NCBI GenBank assembly: GCA_051418015.1
Contig: JBPRGF010000031.1
Location: forward strand, 32,001 to 96,000
Reading direction: 5' to 3'
Origin: Candidatus Nitrospinota bacterium M3_3B_026
Lineage (GTDB): Bacteria; Nitrospinota_A; UBA7883; JBPRGF01
DNA length: 64,000 nucleotides
Part shown: positions 1 through 8,524 of the stretch, piece after piece
Numbering within the stretch: the stretch's first letter is position 1
Layout of the letters: each line of letters begins with the position of its first letter
Notes under the pieces: generated by a model
Databases searched by the model: none
Told to the model about the DNA's origin: nothing
The model's input: the letters and a program-made list of their open reading frames with translations, nothing else
Made by a program: the position numbers and the translations under genes

Positions 1-318
1 GCCGGTCTCCCCGCCGACGCCGAGCCAGATCGTCCTCGGCCTGTCATGGTTCGGGAAGACGCCCATCCCCTCTATCGTGAGGCTCAATGGGCCAAAGGAG
101 GTGAGGGCTCTCTTCGCCGCTTCTATGATCGCCGGGATTTTCCCCGACGGGGTCTCCCCCAGGAATTTCAGGGTGAGGTGCATGTTCCCGGGCCGGACCC
201 ACCGCACGGCCTCGGGCGGGATGTCCGTTTCCTCCAGGAGCCGCTCCGCCGCGGCGCGTGTCGGCTCCGGGATGTCCACGGCGAAAAAGAGCCGTTTTAC
301 GTCGTCGTTTTTTCCCAT
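1..318 (-). CDS. thpR: RNA 2',3'-cyclic phosphodiesterase (2H family), partial, runs off the window start
   Basis: Not in the ORF track (no stop in window). Manual translation from ATG 318: MGKNDDVKRLFFAVDIP...VRWVRPGNMHLTLKFLGE...GMGVFP..RPRTIWLGV; RLFFA start and HLTL motif. Confidence 0.9.
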   Translation of the reverse strand, partial: MGKNDDVKRLFFAVDIPEPTRAAAERLLEETDIPPEAVRWVRPGNMHLTLKFLGETPSGKIPAIIEAAKRALTSFGPLSLTIEGMGVFPNHDRPRTIWLGVGGETG

Positions 319-432
319 GCGAAAGCTGACCCTGGCGCGGCGTCCGGACGGTTTCGCGGTTATGGTTATATGCCGTTGATTTCCCCGCCGGGTATACTAT
401 TATCACATCATGTTTTTGGCAAGTTTTTTGGC

Positions 433-867
433 ATGACACAGCCCCACGAAAGACTGAAGAGCCTGGGAGCGAAGACAGAGCTCAACTACCGGCGCCCGGA
501 CCCCGCCGTCCTGGAGTGGTTCGAGAACCCCTTCGCCGACGGGGAGCTGAACAGGAACGGCGCGGCGCTCTCCATACACATCGAGGCGCCGGAGTTCACC
601 ACCCTATGCCCGAAGACGGGCCAGCCGGACTTCGGCGCCATCGTCATAGACTACATCCCCAGGGAGCGTTGTATCGAGAGCAAGTCGCTGAAGCTTTACC
701 TTGCAGGCTTCAGGATGTTCGGCGAGTTCCACGAGGCGGCGGTGAACAGGATCGCCAACGACCTGGCCGATCTTCTCGACCCGGTGTGGCTGCGCGTGGA
801 GGGACGGTTCACGCCCCGCGGAGGAATAAAGTTCTGGCCGGTGGCGGAGATCGGGCAGGGACGGTGA
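433..867 (+). CDS. queF: NADPH-dependent preQ0 reductase, type I
   Basis: EFTTLCPKTGQPDF, IESKSLKLYL, FHE and FTPRGGI motifs; likely start ATG 433 within ORF 46..867. Confidence 0.93.
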   Translation: MTQPHERLKSLGAKTELNYRRPDPAVLEWFENPFADGELNRNGAALSIHIEAPEFTTLCPKTGQPDFGAIVIDYIPRERCIESKSLKLYLAGFRMFGEFHEAAVNRIANDLADLLDPVWLRVEGRFTPRGGIKFWPVAEIGQGR

Positions 868-1022
868 CGGCGCATGGCCGCCAAAGTTTCTTCACTTCGC
901 GCGAAGACGCCGCTTGTCCGGGAAAGATAAAGATCGGCGGGTCTCGCAGAACCTCCCTTTGCGAGAGCAGGCCCGCGGCCGCCCCGCTGGCCCCGGCGGC
1001 GGTTTAGGATTAAACTGTTCTT

Positions 1023-1997
1023 ATGAATGAGCCAGCGCAGGAGATGGAAGCCGGGGCGCGGGCTCCGCAAAGCCGGGAGACGCGCCCCCTGTCCCCGGAG
1101 CCCGCCGCGGCGTCCCGGGCCATGCGTGGGCGCGACCCCCTCTCCTACGCGATCCTGGCGCTGTCGAGCTCCATGTTCGCCACCGGCTACATCATCGCCC
1201 GGGCCGTGGAGAAGGATGGGGGCATGGACATGTTCGTCACGCAGGCGCTTTTCGCCGCCGCCGTCTTCCTCACCTTCACCGGCAGGGCGGGCAGGCCGGT
1301 CCGCCGGGAGCACCTGGGGCCGATCCTCCTGAACGGCTGCCTGACTCCTTTCATAGTCTTCCTGGTGCTGGAAGGGTCGAGAGTGATAACCCCGTCGCTG
1401 GCGGCGATAATCGTTATCTCCAACGCCCTGCTGATAGCCCTCTTCTCCTGGGCGCTGGGACGCAAAAGGTTCACGGCGGCGCAGACGGCCTCGCTCGTGA
1501 CCGGTTTCCTCGGGGTGGTGTGGATCAGCCTCGACCGGGGCGCCCTGGGCGGGGAATTATCCGGCGTGGCCATGCTGGCCCTCGCGTCGGTCCTTGTGGC
1601 GGTGGTGACGGTCGCCGTGGAGCGGCCGGCGATGGAGCTTGGCGGGATGGTTGTGACGCGGTGGATTTTCCGGGCCGCTTTCGCCGCCGCCGCCGTGACG
1701 GTGACCGCCGCCGGGGGGATACGGTTCCACTCCATGGAGCAGACGGCGCTGGCCTTCGCCCTGGGCGTGTTCAGCATGGGCCTACCGGTCCTCTTTTTCA
1801 ACGTCGGCATGGGCAGGATCGGCGCGGCGGACGCGGCGCCTTTCAAGCTGCTTGTCCCCTTCTTCGCCCTGGGCTACGGAGTGTTGATCCTGGGTGAGGC
1901 GCCATCGGCCGGCTCGGCCGCCGCGGGGCTGGTGGTGATCTCCTCCGTGGCCGCCTACCAGCGCTTCCAGCGCCCGGCGGGGACGGCGGTTTCCTGA
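1023..1997 (+). CDS. DMT/EamA family transporter
   Basis: About 10 hydrophobic segments in two repeats; C-terminal PFFALGYGVLILGE motif. Confidence 0.8.
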   Translation: MNEPAQEMEAGARAPQSRETRPLSPEPAAASRAMRGRDPLSYAILALSSSMFATGYIIARAVEKDGGMDMFVTQALFAAAVFLTFTGRAGRPVRREHLGPILLNGCLTPFIVFLVLEGSRVITPSLAAIIVISNALLIALFSWALGRKRFTAAQTASLVTGFLGVVWISLDRGALGGELSGVAMLALASVLVAVVTVAVERPAMELGGMVVTRWIFRAAFAAAAVTVTAAGGIRFHSMEQTALAFALGVFSMGLPVLFFNVGMGRIGAADAAPFKLLVPFFALGYGVLILGEAPSAGSAAAGLVVISSVAAYQRFQRPAGTAVS

Positions 1998-2021
1998 AAT
2001 TTCTCTTTTCGCCAGCGAGCC

Positions 2022-2771
2022 TCAGCCGGGGCCGTTTTCGCCGCCGTCGCCTGTCATCGCCAGGAAAACATCCTCCAGGTCGTCGCCGGGCCCGAGGCCT
2101 GCCTTGGCCCGCAGTTCGTCCATCGAGCCCATGGCGACAAGCTCGCCGTTGTTTATGATCCCGATCCTGTCGCACACCTCCTCGGCGGTGGACATCGTGT
2201 GGGTGGAGAGCAGGACGCACGAGCCCGCGGCGGCAAGCTCCCTGAAAAGCCCTTTCACCTGCCGCATGCCCCGCGCGTCCAGCCCCACCATCGGCTCGTC
2301 TATGATGAGGGCGCGGGGGTTGTGGACGAGGGTGGCGGTTATGATGAGCTTCTGGCGCATCCCGTGGGAGTAGTTCTCCACCAGCTCGTCCAGCCAGCTC
2401 TCCAGCGAGAACATGCGAATCAGGTCATCCTGCCTTTTCCGGGCCGCCGGACCGCCGTTGACCCTGTATATGTCCCTTATGAATTCCAGGAACTCGCGGC
2501 CGGTCAGCTTCTCGTAGATGAAAGGTTTGTCCGGGACGAAGCCCGAGGCCATCTTCGCCTCCAGCGGCTTTTCGCGCAGGTCGGCGCCGGCCACGGACAG
2601 GGAGCCTTCGGTGGGCGTCAACAGGCCTACCAGCATCTTCAGGGTGGTGGTTTTGCCCGCTCCGTTGGGGCCGAGCAGGCCGAAGACCTCGCCCGCCTGG
2701 ACGGTCAGGGTGAGGTTTTTCACGGCGACGGTCCTGCCGTAGACCTTGGTGACGTTTTTTATCTCTATCAT
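2022..2771 (-). CDS. ABC transporter ATP-binding protein
   Basis: Walker A GPNGAGKT, signature YSHGMRQK, Walker B LIIDEP, STH switch. Confidence 0.95.
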   Translation of the reverse strand: MIEIKNVTKVYGRTVAVKNLTLTVQAGEVFGLLGPNGAGKTTTLKMLVGLLTPTEGSLSVAGADLREKPLEAKMASGFVPDKPFIYEKLTGREFLEFIRDIYRVNGGPAARKRQDDLIRMFSLESWLDELVENYSHGMRQKLIITATLVHNPRALIIDEPMVGLDARGMRQVKGLFRELAAAGSCVLLSTHTMSTAEEVCDRIGIINNGELVAMGSMDELRAKAGLGPGDDLEDVFLAMTGDGGENGPG

Positions 2772-2952
2772 TTCATGGGCCGCCTGCGGGTCGCTTCACA
2801 AATACAAGGGAGGCGCGACAAAACCTGCCACGGGCTATTTTATCCCAAACCACGCGGCGGCCGGGCCAGAGAACATAAAAAACCCCGGCCCGCGCGAGAG
2901 CGCCACCATTAAAACAAAAAGCGCCGGCCGGGGCTTTTTGCGCTTGATTTAA

Positions 2953-2968
2953 TTCAACACCCGTGCCA
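2953..2968 (-). promoter_or_regulatory. Putative sigma54 -24/-12 promoter (variant -12)
   Basis: Minus strand TGGCACGGGTGTTGAA vs consensus TGGCACG-N4-TTGCW; the -12 C is replaced by A. Confidence 0.45.
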
Positions 2969-3185
2969 TCGGGGGTTTTCAGGGGTTTTTGGTTTAATTT
3001 CAACAGGATGGCATCTTATGAACACCGGCGGGGCGGGCGGGCCACGGAGAAGGTGTCGCGATACAGGACACTCGAGCGTCCCAATGAGGACACTCCCGCG
3101 GGCGAGGGACTGTAAATTACAGCGAAAGCCGCTTAATGCGACAGTCTCCTTTGCAACCGGCCTTCGGGGTTGTATACTTTTATCC

Positions 3186-3440
3186 ATGTGGACCGATATC
3201 CTGATCAAGATAGACACCTACGTCTTCCGCCTGCTCGGCCTGGCGCTAGGCATCGCCGGGAGCGCCGCCCTGCTCGTGAACAACCCCCCGGAAAAGGTCT
3301 TCAGCAACGCCTACGGCGTCCTGTTCCTCCTGATGTTCCTCGGCGTGGGGTTATACTCCCTGGCGTCGGTGACGCAGGAGGCGCTCCTTTCCCGCGGTCC
3401 GGAAAGAGCCAGGGGCGCCCGGCCCGAAAGCGGCCAGTAG
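3186..3440 (+). CDS. Small two-TM membrane protein, unknown function
   Basis: MWTDILIKIDTYVFRLLGLALG...; two hydrophobic helices, host-like codon usage. Confidence 0.65.
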   Translation: MWTDILIKIDTYVFRLLGLALGIAGSAALLVNNPPEKVFSNAYGVLFLLMFLGVGLYSLASVTQEALLSRGPERARGARPESGQ

Positions 3441-3569
3441 CCTCCGCAACGGCGCCCCCCGGGGCCAGGCGCGGACAATGGCGGCGGCGGACGATCTTTC
3501 AAAAACGCTGGGATGCCGCGCGATGGGAGCGCATCGCCTTATGGGCCTTTTTCAGAAACCGCGGAAAAT

Positions 3570-3609
3570 AAAAAAAACCCGTGGAAGCGAGGGGGGTTAC
3601 TTCCACGGG
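3570..3609 (-). terminator. Rho-independent terminator
   Basis: Perfect 10-bp stem CCCGTGGAAG/CTTCCACGGG (3578-3587, 3600-3609) followed by a U8 tract on the minus strand. Confidence 0.8.
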
Positions 3610-3687
3610 CTACATCCCAAACAAAGCTCCGAGCCATCAATCACTAAGGAGGGGGCTGAGGCCCGGCACCTTGTTTCGCACTTGCCC
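3570..3687 (-). ncRNA. Candidate sigma54-dependent small RNA (~118 nt)
   Basis: Bounded by a sigma54 promoter (3698-3713) and an intrinsic terminator; no credible ORF; carries an anti-SD-like CCCCCUCCUU. Confidence 0.55.
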
Positions 3688-3697
3688 CTTGTTGAGT

Positions 3698-3713
3698 TGC
3701 ACCTCATGTGCCA
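3698..3713 (-). promoter_or_regulatory. sigma54 -24/-12 promoter
   Basis: Minus strand TGGCACATGAGGTGCA (GG-N10-GC); IHF-like TTTCAATCGGTTA near 3731-3743; inverted repeat GACAA-CA-TTGTC near 3769-3780. Confidence 0.65.
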
Positions 3714-3835
3714 AAATGTATGCTCTTTGATTTCAATCGGTTAACGTAACAGTAGCCGCGCCGGATCGGACAACATTGTCGTTTCTTATGACTTTTCTGT
3801 CCTGAAAGGGGTGGTGTGGCCGTTCCGGCGGCTGG

Positions 3836-4195
3836 TCAACGGGCCGCGGCGGCGGCCAGGACGACAAGCGCAAGCAGTACGGCGGGCAGATGGTTTTTCA
3901 GCCGCGCTGGCGCTGATGGAGACGCCGACCGTATCCTCCCCCTTAACGGGGGAGGATAAAGGTGGGGGTGGTTGGTTTTAATACCCCCTCCCCTGAAGTC
4001 CCCTCCCTCCAGGGGAGGGGATGAGGCTAGAAAACTCGTTAACGGCATTGTCACTCTGAGCGTCAGCGAAGAGTCTCGCAACGTATGAAACGGCGGGATC
4101 CTTCGCCGCGGAGCCTGCCCTGAGCGAAGCCTAAGGGGCTCAGGATGACAGCGTGTGAAGCCGGCATTGTTCATCACCGCGCCCTCACTTGTCAT
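3836..4195 (-). pseudogene. Remnant of a third cytochrome copy: repeat-derived leader plus signal peptide, then stop
   Basis: Starts in the same ATGACAAGTGA overlap as the upstream paralog; contains the HPHLYPPP repeat translation; ends AVLLALVVLAAAAAR*. Confidence 0.45.
3932..4150. repeat. Cluster of REP-like palindromes (family A 3932-4020, family B 4049-4150)
   Basis: A: CCTCCCCC-N-GGGGGAGG..GGTGGGGGTG..CCCCCTCCC. B: GTCACTCTGAGCGTCAGCGAAG...GCTCAGGATGACA. Both recur across the window. Confidence 0.8.
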
Positions 4196-5270
4196 GACAC
4201 GTCAGGCAAAGCGACGACGCGTTGTTGTTATTCACCCGCAGAAACGACGGGATGAACTCGCTGCCCGGCCCGGCGGACTCCACCCCGTGGGGGTCATGGC
4301 ACGAGGCGCACTCGACTTCGTAGCCCTCCCCGGTGTCATAGAAGCGAACCTCGTTGTTGTCCGCTCTGCCGTCGCCGTTTGTGTCAAAAAACTGAAGCGC
4401 CCCGTCCGTCCCCGTGGGCGCCTTGAAGTCGTATGTGTTCGTGTCGGGAAGCTTCACGCCGACAGGATGGTCGTCGGTCAGGTCCGTCCCGATGACGAAG
4501 AGCCTGAAGTCAGGAGACATGCGGTTGGTAAAAAAATTAGTCGCGAAGCCAACACCGTGGCAGTCCAGGCACCCGTCTCCTGAGTATCCCGGGCCGGGAA
4601 CCGTCAATGCGTAATGGCCGCCTTGCGCGTTCGGCCACGTGTCGAGAAACGCGTAGTTCACGCTCGTCTCCTGCGCGGCGTTGTATCTGCCGGAGCCTGG
4701 CATGTTTATGATCGAGTCGATAGCCGTCACTCCGTCGTGGCAGGAAAGACAGGTCAGCGAGTTCACCCCCGGCTGAGTCGGGGTTTGCCCCGACGTGAGG
4801 GGGAGGTTATAGAGCGTGTACGCATTCCCTTTGTCTGTGCGGTTCCAGAGGGGCGCGTCTACCGTATTGCTCGCTCCATGCGGCGTGTGGCAGTAGACGC
4901 AGACCTCGCCGTACCGGTTGTGGGTGTGGTTAACCCATCCGCCCGGCTCCATCCCGCCGGAGTTGTATTCCACGGTCATGTTGTGGCGCGTGTTGGCGAC
5001 GCTGCCGGTGTTGGGCGCCGTGGTGCTCCAGTCATACCCCCAAGGGTTCGGAGAGTCCCACCCGTCGGCGAGGGCCTTGGGCGCGCTTATGGCAACGATT
5101 ACCAGCGCGAGGACGGCGGCGCGGAAAAGGCCCCTCGGCGGCCCTATCCTCTCCCTGCGAGGGGGAGGATAAAGGTGGGGGTGAATAAATCCAATACCCC
5201 CTCCCCTGACGTCCCCTCTCTCCAGGGGAGGGGATTTAATAGATTCTGTTATTTCTTTATCACTTGTCAT
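4185..5270 (-). CDS. Secreted OmcE-like multiheme cytochrome c, 5 heme motifs
   Basis: CVYCH, CLSCH, CLDCH, CASCH, CLTCH; OmcE-type context NTRHN, CHTPH, PLWNR, DLTDDHPV, FLR..SLCLTCHDK; signal peptide ending ALA/DG. Confidence 0.88.
   Translation of the reverse strand: MTSDKEITESIKSPPLERGDVRGGGIGFIHPHLYPPPRRERIGPPRGLFRAAVLALVIVAISAPKALADGWDSPNPWGYDWSTTAPNTGSVANTRHNMTVEYNSGGMEPGGWVNHTHNRYGEVCVYCHTPHGASNTVDAPLWNRTDKGNAYTLYNLPLTSGQTPTQPGVNSLTCLSCHDGVTAIDSIINMPGSGRYNAAQETSVNYAFLDTWPNAQGGHYALTVPGPGYSGDGCLDCHGVGFATNFFTNRMSPDFRLFVIGTDLTDDHPVGVKLPDTNTYDFKAPTGTDGALQFFDTNGDGRADNNEVRFYDTGEGYEVECASCHDPHGVESAGPGSEFIPSFLRVNNNNASSLCLTCHDK
5145..5235. repeat. REP-like family A palindrome lying in-frame in the cytochrome 5' end
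   Basis: Near-identical to 3932-4020. Confidence 0.8.
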
Positions 5271-6171
5271 GACACGTCAGGCACAATGACGAAGCGTTGT
5301 TGTTGTTCACGCGCAGAAATGACGGGATGAACTCGCTGCCCGGCCCGGCGGACTCCACCCCGTGCGGGTCATGGCACGAGGCGCACTCGACTTCGTAGCC
5401 CTCCCCGGTGTCGTAGAAACGAACCTCGTTGTTGTCCGCCCGCCCGTCGCCGTTTGTGTCAAAAAACTGAAGCGATCCGTCCGTCGCACCCGGAGCCTTG
5501 AAGTCGTAAGTAGCGGTGTCGGGCAGTTGCACTCCGACCGGGTGGTCGTCGGTAAGGTCGGTTCCAATAACGAAAACGGTGAAATCTGGCGCGGGGACCC
5601 ATCCGCTTGGGTTGTGACAGGTTCCCTGACAAGTGGTGAGTTTGCCCTGCTTGCCGTCCAGGTCATGTATGAGTATGTCGTCGGGATTGGGCCACGTGTC
5701 GAGAAAAGCCTCGTTGTGCGCCGTCTCCTGCGCGGCGCTGTAACGGCCGGAGCCAGGCATGTTGATGATTGAATCGACCCCAACCGTCCCATCATGGCAT
5801 GAAAGGCACGTGACGGAGTTTACCCCCGGCTGTGTCGGAGCCTGGCCGGAGGTGAGGGGGAGATTGTAAAGGGTGTACGTATTGCTGGGATTCGTGCGGT
5901 TCCAGAGGGGGGCTTTGGGCATCGTGCTGTTGGCCCCGTGCGGTGTGTGGCAATACACGCACACCTCGCCGTAATTGTTCCGGGCTATGTTCATCCTGGT
6001 CTGGTCCATCGCGTCCTGATAGGGGACGGTGAGGTTGTGCCGCGTGTTGGCTATGCTCCCCGTGTTGCTGGCGGCTGATGTGGGGTCCCACCCGTCGGCG
6101 AGAGCGGCGGGGGCGCCTGCGGCGATAACGGCCAGCGCGAGGATGGCGGCGCGGGCAAAACCCGTCAACAT
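5260..6171 (-). CDS. Secreted OmcE-like multiheme cytochrome c paralog (4 CxxCH + 1 CxxxCH)
   Basis: CVYCH, CLSCH, CQGTCH, CASCH, CLTCH; likely start ATG 6171 (MLTGFARAAILALA...), ORF open to 6384; C-terminus almost identical to its neighbour. Confidence 0.88.
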   Translation of the reverse strand: MLTGFARAAILALAVIAAGAPAALADGWDPTSAASNTGSIANTRHNLTVPYQDAMDQTRMNIARNNYGEVCVYCHTPHGANSTMPKAPLWNRTNPSNTYTLYNLPLTSGQAPTQPGVNSVTCLSCHDGTVGVDSIINMPGSGRYSAAQETAHNEAFLDTWPNPDDILIHDLDGKQGKLTTCQGTCHNPSGWVPAPDFTVFVIGTDLTDDHPVGVQLPDTATYDFKAPGATDGSLQFFDTNGDGRADNNEVRFYDTGEGYEVECASCHDPHGVESAGPGSEFIPSFLRVNNNNASSLCLTCHDK

Positions 6172-6178
6172 GACGCTA

Positions 6179-6335
6179 ATCTTCCCCCTCGCAGGGGGAG
6201 GATCGAGGTGGGGGTGAATGAATTTCATACCCCCTGTATCCCCCCTCCCTCCGAGGAAGGGGATGTTTTCGATGGTATTAATCTCATGCAGGCTCCGGGC
6301 CTCCCCCCTCAAAGATCCCTCCCGCCGGGGAAGGA
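6179..6335. repeat. REP-like family A palindromes in the cytochrome operon leader
   Basis: CTTCCCCCTCGCAGGGGGAGG..GGTGGGGGTG..CCCCCT; the G-run is the apparent RBS for ATG 6171. Confidence 0.75.
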
Positions 6336-6410
6336 CGCAACAGACGTCGCGATTTAAACCGGCGCGATTTATCATAAGCGACAAGCTATGTCCCTATACG
6401 AGTCAAACTA

Positions 6411-6426
6411 TGCAATACCCGCGCCA
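6411..6426 (-). promoter_or_regulatory. sigma54 promoter of the cytochrome operon
   Basis: Minus strand TGGCGCGGGTATTGCA, near-consensus; upstream palindrome GTTAC-N6-GTAAC (6441-6456), AT tract, and ATTCTCA/TGAGAAT inverted repeat (6531-6568). Confidence 0.75.
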
Positions 6427-6601
6427 GTTTTACTCATATCGTTACAGTTTCGTAACCGCTTGAATAAATATTATTAATAAGTTGGAATGATTCCAGACCC
6501 TGCTCTGCCACGCTGTTTTCCCGGTTTTTTATTCTCATTTTTGATAACGGATTCCCGGATTTGAGAATCCGGGCTGTTTTTTCCGGCGGGTGGGCGACAA
6601 G

Positions 6602-7309
6602 TCAGGGCGCGGCGGCGGCCAGGGCCTCCATCCAGGCGGGGGCGAGGCGCAACTCGAGATATACCCCCAGGGCGGTGAAGGCGAGCGCCAGGGCGAGGTA
6701 TCTTACGGGGTAGTCGAGCTTCACCGGTCTTCGCTCCAGTTTCATGTAGAAGACCGCCGCCGCCGAGATCGCCGCCATCGCCCGGCCCACGTGGCAGGCC
6801 GCCTCCCATGGCGCAAGGGAGAGGAAGAACGCCGTCCATCCGCTCCCCTCGCCGGCCAGGAAGCCCCCCGCCCTCACGCCCGCGCCGCCGGCCGCGTCGG
6901 CCCATGCCACCAGCGCGAAGGCTCCGCCGGACAGGCCCGAGAGAACCACGGTGATCAGAAGCTCCACCAGCCGCTGGCCCGCCAGGGGGGCGGGATCACC
7001 GGCGAAGGCGGAGGAGACCGCCGGGGCGGCATGAAGCCTTCCCGCCATGAAGTCCGGCGCCATGCCCGTCAGGACGCCGGTAAGCGAAAAATGGACAGCG
7101 GCCCACAGGATCATTATCCAGAACGTTTTCGAGTACTCTTCCCTGCGGACGTAATAGAAAAACGGCGGGAAGAGGGAGGCGGCGAGGATGAAGGGCGAGA
7201 AGGCGTAAGGAAAGGCGAAGGAGACAAGCAGCGCGAAAGGCGCCGCGCCGAGGACGTAGAAAGGCGCCGCGCCGTCCCGGAAAGCCTCCCGCAAAAAAGA
7301 GCGCATCAT
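6602..7309 (-). CDS. Polytopic membrane protein, unknown function
   Basis: 235 aa with about 6 hydrophobic helices. Confidence 0.7.
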   Translation of the reverse strand: MMRSFLREAFRDGAAPFYVLGAAPFALLVSFAFPYAFSPFILAASLFPPFFYYVRREEYSKTFWIMILWAAVHFSLTGVLTGMAPDFMAGRLHAAPAVSSAFAGDPAPLAGQRLVELLITVVLSGLSGGAFALVAWADAAGGAGVRAGGFLAGEGSGWTAFFLSLAPWEAACHVGRAMAAISAAAVFYMKLERRPVKLDYPVRYLALALAFTALGVYLELRLAPAWMEALAAAAP

Positions 7310-7330
7310 CGTGTCATTTCAAACAGGCAG

Positions 7331-7420
7331 TGTCATTTCAAGCCGCGAGGGGGGGCCAGCCTAAGAATCCCACAGCCGCGCCCGTTAATATGAGACTCTT
7401 CATTTCGCTCAGCATGACAT
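7331..7420. repeat. REP-like family B palindrome
   Basis: TGTCATTTC...GAATCCC...GACTCTTCATTTCGCTCAGCATGACA. Confidence 0.6.
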
Positions 7421-7430
7421 CGCAAAAAAA

Positions 7431-8180
7431 TCAACGCCTGTTTTTCTCCCATATCTTCACATATTTGCAGAAGACATGATACGCCGAGAGGCCCGCCGCG
7501 ATGAGCCCGGGAACGCCGTCCAAAAACCCGAGCTTGAGAACGTACATCTTCAGGAAAGTCGCCGGCGGCCGGGCCGCCATGGAGAACCATCCAGCCCGCG
7601 CTCCCCTGGCCGCCCTCTCGGCGGCGGCTATGTCCGTGAAGGCGTTGATGGTCCTGAGATGGTCGGAGATATCGTCGAAGGAGAGATGGTAGATGTCGCC
7701 CCGGAGGTTCTCGAGTCTGCCTTCCAGGATTATCCTGTCGTGCGGGTTCTCTCCGCCCCACCGCCCCTTGTCCCGGCGGAAGAGCCGTACCTTGCGGGCG
7801 GGATACCATCCCCCGTGGCGTATCCAGCGGTTTATGTAATAGACCAGCCTGGGCGCCGCGTAGCCGTCCGCGCGGGGGTTTTCCAGGACTTTCAGTATCT
7901 CCTCCCGCAACTCCGGCGAGACGATCTCGTCGGCGTCGAGACTGAGGACCCACTCCCCGCGGGTCTGGTCTATGGCGAAATTTTTCTGCTGGATGTGCCC
8001 CTCCCATTCGTGGAAGACGACCCGCGCCCCTATGGACTCGGCCATCCTCACGGTGTTGTCCGTGGACCCGCTGTCCACGACCACGATCTCATCGGCGAAG
8101 GAGAGGCTCTCGAGGCAACGGCCGATCTTCTCCTCCTCGTTGAGGGTTATGACCGCCGCGGAGAGTTTTATGTTCGTCAA
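7431..8180 (-). CDS. GT2 glycosyltransferase, LPS core type (WaaE/KdtX-like)
   Basis: ITLNEE, VVVDSGSTD, QKNFA, WVLSLDADE, GFLDG motifs; probable TTG start at 8180. Confidence 0.9.
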   Translation of the reverse strand: MTNIKLSAAVITLNEEEKIGRCLESLSFADEIVVVDSGSTDNTVRMAESIGARVVFHEWEGHIQQKNFAIDQTRGEWVLSLDADEIVSPELREEILKVLENPRADGYAAPRLVYYINRWIRHGGWYPARKVRLFRRDKGRWGGENPHDRIILEGRLENLRGDIYHLSFDDISDHLRTINAFTDIAAAERAARGARAGWFSMAARPPATFLKMYVLKLGFLDGVPGLIAAGLSAYHVFCKYVKIWEKNRR

Positions 8181-8356
8181 TCCGCCTCGGGAAGTTTCTT
8201 CGCCTCCTCTATGAGCATCACGGGGATGTCGTCCCTGATCTCGTACAGCAGGCTGCATGCGCGGCAGATGAGGCCGTCCTCTTTTTCCGTCAGCTCGAGC
8301 TCGCCCTTGCACTTGGGGCAGGCCAGTATGTCCAGAAGCTCCTTGTCTATGCCCAT
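8177..8356 (-). CDS. Trm112/YcaR family small protein
   Basis: LLDILACPKCKGEL...LICRAC...YEIRDDIPVML. Confidence 0.92.
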   Translation of the reverse strand: MGIDKELLDILACPKCKGELELTEKEDGLICRACSLLYEIRDDIPVMLIEEAKKLPEAD

Positions 8357-8524
8357 GTCCTTATCATCCCTTGAAGTTTCGTGGTTCGTCTCGCTGGGAT
8401 AGATTATATCCCGCCCGCCGCGCTGGAAAAACCGGGAAAAATCCGGGATCATCGCTGGCAAAGAGCGCCGAAGAGATGTAGATGTATTAGTAGACCAGAG
8501 AAAAACCACGAGAAGGCGGAACGA

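Noticed and set aside
319..432. preQ1 riboswitch upstream of queF
   Set aside because: No recognisable preQ1 stem-loop with A-rich tail; the short region looks like a divergent promoter.
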